Shown here: piece after piece, positions 58,630-64,000 of the stretch
Numbering within the stretch: position 1 is the first letter of the stretch
Layout of the letters: every line of letters begins with the position of its first letter
Assembly: GCA_021648085.1 (NCBI GenBank)
Contig: JAKITS010000001.1
Span: forward strand, 196,948 to 260,947
Source of the DNA: Candidatus Magasanikiibacteriota bacterium
Lineage (GTDB): Bacteria; Patescibacteriota; Patescibacteriia; Magasanikbacterales; UBA922
Length of the DNA stretch: 64,000 bases
Direction of reading: 5' to 3'
Program-made: the position numbers and the translations under genes
Notes under the pieces: model-generated
Seen by the model: only the letters and a program-made list of their open reading frames with translations
Databases searched by the model: none
Told to the model about the DNA's origin: nothing

Positions 58630-59253
58630 ATGGGAAAGTATATTGGACCAAAAAATAAATTAGCACGTCGTTTTGGCGTACATTTAGGATTAAAAAGTAA
58701 TCCTGCAAAAGTTTCTAAGCGTTTGAGTCAGCCACCTGGAGTTCAGGGTGTAAACAGAAGGCGTAAAAATGTTTCTAGTTATGGTAAACAGCTTTTAGAG
58801 AAACAAAAAGCTAAGTTTATGTATGGAATTAGAGAAAGACAGTTTAGCACTTATGTTGAAAAATCAAACAAAGTGTCTGGAGATTCTGGAAAAAATCTAC
58901 ATCAATTTTTGGAGATGAGATTGGATAATGTTGTTTATAAAATGGGTTTTGCAAAGACAAGAGCGCAAGCAAGACAAATGGTAAATCACTCATTATTTAC
59001 TTTAAATGGTAAGTATATGAATATTCCATCACATAATGTAAAAATTGGAGACGAGGTCGCAATCAAAGAAAGTAAGATAAAAAAGAAAATTTTTGAAAAT
59101 ATAGAAGAAGACTTGTCAAATACTGAACTACCATCTTGGATTTCTGTAGATTCTGCAAAAAAATCAGGAAAAGTAGTAAGTACTCCAAATGAGAATGATT
59201 TTGAAAGAGTTTTTGATGTCAAATTAATAATTGAGTACTACTCATCACGTTAA
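58630..59253 (+). CDS. rpsD: 30S ribosomal protein S4
   Basis: MGKYIGPK.KL.RR.G..L; S4 RNA-binding domain (LEMRLDNVVYKMGFAKTRAQARQMV.H). Confidence 0.9.
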   Translation: MGKYIGPKNKLARRFGVHLGLKSNPAKVSKRLSQPPGVQGVNRRRKNVSSYGKQLLEKQKAKFMYGIRERQFSTYVEKSNKVSGDSGKNLHQFLEMRLDNVVYKMGFAKTRAQARQMVNHSLFTLNGKYMNIPSHNVKIGDEVAIKESKIKKKIFENIEEDLSNTELPSWISVDSAKKSGKVVSTPNENDFERVFDVKLIIEYYSSR

Positions 59254-59349
59254 TATAAAAAGGAGGGGATCCTCTAAGGAATTATCTTAAAGTATTGTTT
59301 CAATAATGAAATCATATTTAAAGAGATTTCCATAATAAATATTTATTAT

Positions 59350-60132
59350 ATGGAGCAAATTTTATTGCCAAACACAATTGAGTTCAAAGAAGGTGAACAG
59401 ACAAATGTAGGTCAGGTTATTATTACACCTTGTCATCAAGGTTATGGTGTAACATTGGGGAATGCTTTTAGAAGAGTATTACTTTCATCATTACCTGGCG
59501 CGGCTGTTGAGTCTGTAAAGATTAACGGTGTGCAACATGAATTTTCTGCTACAGAAGGTGTTGCAGAGGATGTTATAGAAATTATTATGAATCTAAAACA
59601 GTTGGCTGTTCGTTCTTTTTCAGAAGAATCTGTGACATTGTTTTTAAATAAAAAAGGGCTTGGAGATGTAACAGCAGCAGATTTTGAAAAGAATTCTGAT
59701 GTTGAAATTTCTAATTTAGACTTAAAAATTGCAACACTTACAACTGCAGACAAGAATTTTGAAATGGAGATTACGGTTGGAAATGGTCGTGGTTATGTTC
59801 CAGTAGGAGAAAAAGATACAAAATTATTTGATTTGGGAACAATTGGTATAGATTCACTTTACACTCCAATTCGTGATGTTGGTTATAATGTTGAGTTAAC
59901 TCGTGTTGGTGATGTGACAGATTATGAAAAATTGATTTTGAATATTGAGACAGACGGAACTATTACACCAAAAGAAGCTGTATCTCAAGCTGTAAAGATT
60001 TTAATGGATTATTTTGGGTTAGTATCAGATGCTTCGGCAGAAGTTAAGCCGGTAGTAAAGAAAAAAGCTCCAGCAAAGAAAAAAGCAGCTGTTAAAAAAG
60101 CTCCAGCTAAAAAGAAAACAACAAAAAAATAG
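59350..60132 (+). CDS. rpoA: DNA-directed RNA polymerase alpha subunit, N-terminal domain only, with lysine/alanine-rich tail replacing the alpha-CTD
   Basis: alpha-NTD motifs (GYGVTLGNAFRRVLLSSLPGAAV.SVKINGV.HEFS), ends at 260 aa with KKKAPAKKKAAVKKAPAKKKTTKK; rpsD-rpoA-rplQ order conserved. Confidence 0.85.
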   Translation: MEQILLPNTIEFKEGEQTNVGQVIITPCHQGYGVTLGNAFRRVLLSSLPGAAVESVKINGVQHEFSATEGVAEDVIEIIMNLKQLAVRSFSEESVTLFLNKKGLGDVTAADFEKNSDVEISNLDLKIATLTTADKNFEMEITVGNGRGYVPVGEKDTKLFDLGTIGIDSLYTPIRDVGYNVELTRVGDVTDYEKLILNIETDGTITPKEAVSQAVKILMDYFGLVSDASAEVKPVVKKKAPAKKKAAVKKAPAKKKTTKK

Positions 60133-60145
60133 GTAAAAAAATTTT

Positions 60146-60496
60146 ATGCGTCATAGAAAACAAAAATTCACACTGGGAAGAGAGAAGGCACACAGAACTG
60201 CTCTTATTAAGAATTTGGCAGAAAGTTTGATATTGCATGGTGCAATAGAGACAACAGAAGCAAAAGCAAAAGCTCTTAAAACTTATGTTGAACCTTTGGT
60301 AACAAAAGCAAGAAAAAATACACTAGCTTCTCGTAGGCTTGTTATTCGTAAATTGTTTACAGAAAAAGCAGTAAAGAAATTGATGGAAGAAGTAGCACCA
60401 AAATATGTAGAAAGAGAGGGTGGCTACACTCGTATTATAAAGTTGAGAACTAGAAAAAACGATGGTGCTCCAATAGTTAAGATAGAGTTTGTTTAA
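60146..60496 (+). CDS. rplQ: 50S ribosomal protein L17
   Basis: MRHRKQKFTLGREKAHR..L..L..HG.IETT..KAK. Confidence 0.9.
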   Translation: MRHRKQKFTLGREKAHRTALIKNLAESLILHGAIETTEAKAKALKTYVEPLVTKARKNTLASRRLVIRKLFTEKAVKKLMEEVAPKYVEREGGYTRIIKLRTRKNDGAPIVKIEFV

Positions 60497-60863
60497 AAAT
60501 ATGGCTATAGAAATAATTAGAAAAAAACATGAAATTGACGCAACAGATAGAGCTGTTGGTCGTGTGGCAACTGAAGTTGCTATGATTTTGCGCGGTAAAA
60601 ATAAGGCTAGTTTTGCTCCACATACAGATTGTGGTGATTTTGTGACAGTTTTAAATTCTGGAAAAGTAAAATTTACAGGAAGAAAATTGGTACAAAAAGA
60701 CTATTACCACCATACTATGCATCCGGGTGGTCTAAAAAGAACTCCTATGAAAAAGGTTTTTGATAAAGATCCTACAGAAGTTATGAAAAGAGCTGTTTAT
60801 GGTATGTTGCCAAAGAATAAGTTGCGCAACAACATGATGAAGCGTTTGACTATTAAGGTTTAA
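60489..60863 (+). CDS. rplM: 50S ribosomal protein L13
   Basis: ..DAT...GR.AT.VA..LRGK.K...PH.D.GD.V.V.N..KV..TG.K...K.YY.HT; start may be Met at 60501. Confidence 0.85.
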   Translation: MFKNMAIEIIRKKHEIDATDRAVGRVATEVAMILRGKNKASFAPHTDCGDFVTVLNSGKVKFTGRKLVQKDYYHHTMHPGGLKRTPMKKVFDKDPTEVMKRAVYGMLPKNKLRNNMMKRLTIKV

Positions 60864-60868
60864 ATATT

Positions 60869-61273
60869 ATGGTTGCTGATAAACAAAGTACAATGATCCG
60901 CACTGTTGGTAGAAGAAAAACTGCCACAGCTCGTGTTCGTATCCAAAAAGGAAAAGGTAATGTTGTTGTTAATGACAAAGAGTTGAAAGAATATTTTCCA
61001 CTTATTTTGTGGCAAGAAAAAGTTTTATCTCCATTTGTTGTTTCAGGGAAAGAAGGACAATTTGATGTTTCTATAAGAGTATTGGGTGGTGGAGTAAACA
61101 GCCAAGCAGAAGCTATTAGACATGGAATTGCAAGAGCATTAGTAGAATTAGATGAAACATTTAAGCCAGCCTTAAAAGCAGAAGGATATTTAACAAGAGA
61201 TTCGCGCAGAAAAGAAAGAAAGAAACCGGGAAGAAGAAGAGCAAGACGTGGTCATCAGTGGAGAAAGCGTTAA
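60869..61273 (+). CDS. rpsI: 30S ribosomal protein S9
   Basis: ..GRRK.A.ARV....G.G...VN......YF.....; C-terminal ..LTRD.R..ERKK.G...AR...Q..KR. Confidence 0.9.
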   Translation: MVADKQSTMIRTVGRRKTATARVRIQKGKGNVVVNDKELKEYFPLILWQEKVLSPFVVSGKEGQFDVSIRVLGGGVNSQAEAIRHGIARALVELDETFKPALKAEGYLTRDSRRKERKKPGRRRARRGHQWRKR

Positions 61274-61457
61274 AAAATAAGCGTTTATTTACAATCTTTT
61301 TCCTATTCAATATCATTCTATTTTGGCTACAAATATTATAAAAAAGTTCAATATAGTATCGATATACTTCACTTTTTTATAAAATTTTCGCTCAAAATAT
61401 AATAAAATTGATTTAGAAAAAAGATCATAAATAAACACTAAAAATTTCAAATAAAAA

Positions 61458-61490
61458 AACTGCCAATTATCTTCGGCAGTTTTTTGTTTT
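61458..61490 (+). terminator. rho-independent terminator
   Basis: aaactgcc-aattatcttc-ggcagttttttgtttt. Confidence 0.75.
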
Positions 61491-61543
61491 TAACCCTTAC
61501 AAAATCTAATAAAAATGATAAGGTTTGTGCAGGTTAATTTAAA

Positions 61544-61564
61544 TGTCAATTATTTAAATTGACA
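61544..61564. promoter_or_regulatory. perfect 8-5-8 palindrome (TGTCAATT-attta-AATTGACA), candidate operator
   Basis: Seen directly; overlaps a TTGACA hexamer immediately upstream of the pentapeptide-repeat gene. Confidence 0.35.
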
Positions 61565-61576
61565 ATAGCTTTGGAG

Positions 61577-61969
61577 ATGAAAATGGCAGACGAGAGATTG
61601 GTTGAACGAATTTTTAAATTTGGTGGTGAAAAAATTATTGAAGAACACAGAAAAAACTCAGCACCTTCTATAATTATAGATTTAATGGGTGCAAAATTGG
61701 GAGGTGCAGATCTAAGAGGTACGGATTTGTCAGGAATATATTTGGTGGAAACAGATTTTGGACATGCAAATTTAGCCGGTGCAGACCTTTCAGACTCTTT
61801 TTTAGATCGTGCAGATTTTACTATGGCAAATTTAACCAATGTAAAAGTTGATCCTGCAAAACTTGCGGAATCACATTTTACTCAAGCTCGGATGAGCAAT
61901 AAACTTTTTAAGGATACTTTGCTTGCATTTGAAGAAATGCGTAAGCGCAGAGGTTTGAATAAGAAATAA
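61577..61969 (+). CDS. pentapeptide-repeat protein
   Basis: GADLRGTDLSGIYLVETDFGHANLAGADLSDSFLDRADFTMANLTNV; ORF track start 61559 is TTG; ATG at 61577 (MKMADER) preferred. Confidence 0.7.
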   Translation: MKMADERLVERIFKFGGEKIIEEHRKNSAPSIIIDLMGAKLGGADLRGTDLSGIYLVETDFGHANLAGADLSDSFLDRADFTMANLTNVKVDPAKLAESHFTQARMSNKLFKDTLLAFEEMRKRRGLNKK

Positions 61970-61974
61970 AACAC

Positions 61975-62007
61975 AACTCTAGACTTATAAAGTCTAGAGT
62001 TTTTTTA
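61975..62007. terminator. bidirectional rho-independent terminator
   Basis: aactctagactt-ataa-agtctagagttttttt. Confidence 0.75.
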
Positions 62008-62622
62008 TTAAAAATTTAATTCATCTAAACTTTTTATTTCTAAATGTTTATATTTTAGTTTTTCGGTGGAATTTTTGCGGTTTAGCCAGATTGTAATTAT
62101 TTCATTTTCAGAATATCCAGCATCTCGTACAGCATCTAATTCTAAAAAGGAATTGTCAATAAAAATAAGTGGACCATTTTTTTCTCTTTCGAACTTTAAA
62201 TTTTCTATAAAAGATTTTATTGAGTTTATTTTTGGGAATTTTTCAGAGAATAAAAATAAATCTGGTGTAATTCCTACAGCTCTTATTTTTTCAATTTGGT
62301 ATTTTGGATCACCAAAAGTAAACAAAACAAATGAAAAGTTTTTGTTTTTTATAAATTCTGCGTCTGTATAAAGAGTTAAATTTTCTTTTAGCCACTTTTG
62401 CATTTCTTTTAAAACCTTTTCTTTTTCTAAATTATCAAAAGAGTTTATAAATTTTTCAAAATTAAAAGCATTACTTTTAGTTTTTTTATAATTTTCTTCT
62501 ATAGTTTCTTTTGAAATTCCTTTTTTAAGAAAAATATCCCACAAACCTTTTTTGTTATCTCTAAAAGTTGTGAGCGTGCCATCAAAGTCGAATAAGATAC
62601 AACTATTTTTTGGTAAAATCAT
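62008..62622 (-). CDS. HAD-superfamily hydrolase
   Basis: ILFDFDGTLT motif I; 204 aa. Confidence 0.65.
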   Translation of the reverse strand: MILPKNSCILFDFDGTLTTFRDNKKGLWDIFLKKGISKETIEENYKKTKSNAFNFEKFINSFDNLEKEKVLKEMQKWLKENLTLYTDAEFIKNKNFSFVLFTFGDPKYQIEKIRAVGITPDLFLFSEKFPKINSIKSFIENLKFEREKNGPLIFIDNSFLELDAVRDAGYSENEIITIWLNRKNSTEKLKYKHLEIKSLDELNF

Positions 62623-63611
62623 AAAACTGAAAAGATTAGTTTTGCCAATTTTTCTGGGCTGTGACGAACCAAACTTCTTTTTAAATTATCTCCTTCTTGT
62701 AAATTTATACTAATCGGACTTAATAAATCAGTTCCAAAAAATTTTGTTTTAGATCTAAGTTTTCTTTTTTTAAGCCTTTCCAAATTTATTGAAACTGTTT
62801 CCTGACCATCTTCTTTGTAAATTTTTGTTAGGTTTTCTAGTGGTTTTGCTGTGTTGAATAATACAAAATCAAAAGTATCTTTTAAATATTTTTCTATTTC
62901 TTCTGTCAAATTTACAATAGAAAAATTATTTGTATGCCCAGGCTTATTCATTAGATTACAAATAAACATTTTTGGATTTTTATTTTTTTGAATTACTTTA
63001 GAAATTCCTTGAATAAGTAAATTTGGTAATAGACTTGTATAAACATCTCCAGGTCCGATAATTATTAAATCCGCATTTTCTATTGCTTTTATAGCTTTTG
63101 AGTTTGCATTTGCTGAGTTTTTTAGATAAATTTTTTCTAATCCTGTTAGGTTTCCTGTATCAATTGTATGTTCTCCCTCCAAAACCATTCCATTTTCTAA
63201 CTTTGCCATAAGAGTTATGTCTTCTAAAGTGACTGGAATTACCCTTCCTTTTATATTCAAAATTTCACCTGCTTTTTCTATGGCTTTGTCAAAACTCCCT
63301 GTCACTTGCTCCAATGCAGAAATTAATATATTTCCAAAATTATGACCCTTTAAAGAGCCGTTTGTAAAGCGATGGTTCACTAACTTGTTTATAAAAGCAT
63401 CTGAAGTAGATAGGGCAACTAGACATTGACGAACATCTCCGGGAGGTAAAACTCCCAACTCACTTCTCAAAGTCCCCGTAGACCCGCCGTCGTCTGCCAT
63501 CGACACTATGGCGGTTAAATTTACATTATAATTGCGAAGACCACTCAAAACAGTAAAAGTTCCGGTTCCACCTCCTATTACTACAATTTCTTTTTTTGCA
63601 TTACTTATCAT
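62619..63611 (-). CDS. YvcK/UPF0052 family protein (gluconeogenesis factor / CofD-like)
   Basis: VVIGGGTGTFTVLSGL..AIVSMADDGGSTGTLR..LPPGDVRQC motif set diagnostic of YvcK family. Confidence 0.8.
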   Translation of the reverse strand: MISNAKKEIVVIGGGTGTFTVLSGLRNYNVNLTAIVSMADDGGSTGTLRSELGVLPPGDVRQCLVALSTSDAFINKLVNHRFTNGSLKGHNFGNILISALEQVTGSFDKAIEKAGEILNIKGRVIPVTLEDITLMAKLENGMVLEGEHTIDTGNLTGLEKIYLKNSANANSKAIKAIENADLIIIGPGDVYTSLLPNLLIQGISKVIQKNKNPKMFICNLMNKPGHTNNFSIVNLTEEIEKYLKDTFDFVLFNTAKPLENLTKIYKEDGQETVSINLERLKKRKLRSKTKFFGTDLLSPISINLQEGDNLKRSLVRHSPEKLAKLIFSVL

Positions 63612-63671
63612 AAACTTCTTTTTAATGATATACTAATAGTATTATAAATTTACTTAAGGGGCAATGTTTTT

Positions 63672-64000
63672 ATGAAAAAAAGTTCATTTTTTCTATATTT
63701 CTTTTTGGTTTGTGGTTTATTTATTATTCTTTTTTTATCATTTTTTTATGTGAAATATAGTAGGTTGCCAAAGCCAATTACAAAAACAGTAGATGAGATA
63801 GTTTCAACTACAAAAAGTATATTCCCTGCAAGCAATAAGGTAGAAGTAGAAGAATCACCAAAAGAAGAATGGTTTAAAGAAAAAAAGGAAGAACCTGTTG
63901 TGGAAGAAAAAAGTATAATTAAAAAAATAGTTGAAATAGTGATTCCACCAAAAATAGACATAGAAGCAACGCCAATGAAGGTGAATCACAATGTACCGTT
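63672..64000 (+). CDS. hypothetical membrane-anchored protein (5' partial, continues beyond window)
   Basis: ATG 63672; MKKSSFFLYFFLVCGLFIILFLSFF.. TM then E/K-rich region; no stop before window end. Confidence 0.4.
   Translation, partial: MKKSSFFLYFFLVCGLFIILFLSFFYVKYSRLPKPITKTVDEIVSTTKSIFPASNKVEVEESPKEEWFKEKKEEPVVEEKSIIKKIVEIVIPPKIDIEATPMKVNHNVP

Noticed and set aside
61546-61839. 97-aa minus-strand ORF overlapping the pentapeptide-repeat gene
   Set aside because: Antisense shadow ORF of a repeat-rich gene (pentapeptide repeats read open in several frames).
63746-63961. 71-aa minus-strand ORF
   Set aside because: Antisense to a plus-strand partial gene with a proper ATG and TM/charged-region organisation.
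1-64000. CRISPR arrays, rRNA genes, tRNA genes
   Set aside because: No regularly spaced direct repeats, no rRNA-like conserved stretches, and no cloverleaf T-arm (GTTCGAATC-type) signatures were found by eye in the GC-richer intergenic regions; a tRNAscan/Infernal run would be needed for a definitive negative.

Overview
This 64-kb window is AT-rich (my estimate about 33% GC), densely packed with genes, and looks like a reduced-genome bacterium of the Candidate Phyla Radiation (CPR/Patescibacteria) type. The core is housekeeping: secA, secD-secF, dnaG-rpoD, murB, hpf, sodA, a peroxiredoxin, a split transketolase, nfo, pgi, purB, mnmA, alaS and a ribosomal-protein/RNA polymerase block (infA, rpmJ, rpsM, rpsK, rpsD, rpoA, rplQ, rplM, rpsI). 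Many short hypothetical and membrane proteins sit between these. I found no rRNA, no convincing tRNA and no CRISPR array.

The most likely novel system is at 34.6-42.2 kb, an accessory, defense-like island. It holds a DUF3800 protein, an MmeI-like Type IIL restriction-modification enzyme (RM) fused in one operon to two uncharacterised genes (one an HNH nuclease), a zinc-ribbon coiled-coil protein, an unannotated small basic protein, and a LexA-like repressor translationally overlapped with a MazF/PemK toxin with no recognisable antitoxin.

Other notable points:
- SecD carries tandem parvulin (PPIase, peptidyl-prolyl isomerase) domains where its periplasmic head normally sits.
- RpoA lacks the alpha C-terminal domain and ends in a lysine-rich tail; lysine-rich tails recur on RpoD, a TraG-like ATPase and the small basic protein.
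- Two dispersed intergenic repeat families are present: about 45-nt REP-like (repetitive extragenic palindrome) inverted-repeat units in at least 8 clusters, and a 150-300 bp element in 3.5 copies.
- A roughly 900-bp cassette of small ORFs is flanked by perfect 23-bp inverted repeats.
- A GC-rich palindromic candidate structured RNA lies downstream of rpoD.
- A TraG/VirD4-like ATPase sits next to a large TPR-containing polytopic membrane protein.

All calls come from reading the sequence and motif recognition; no database searches were run.
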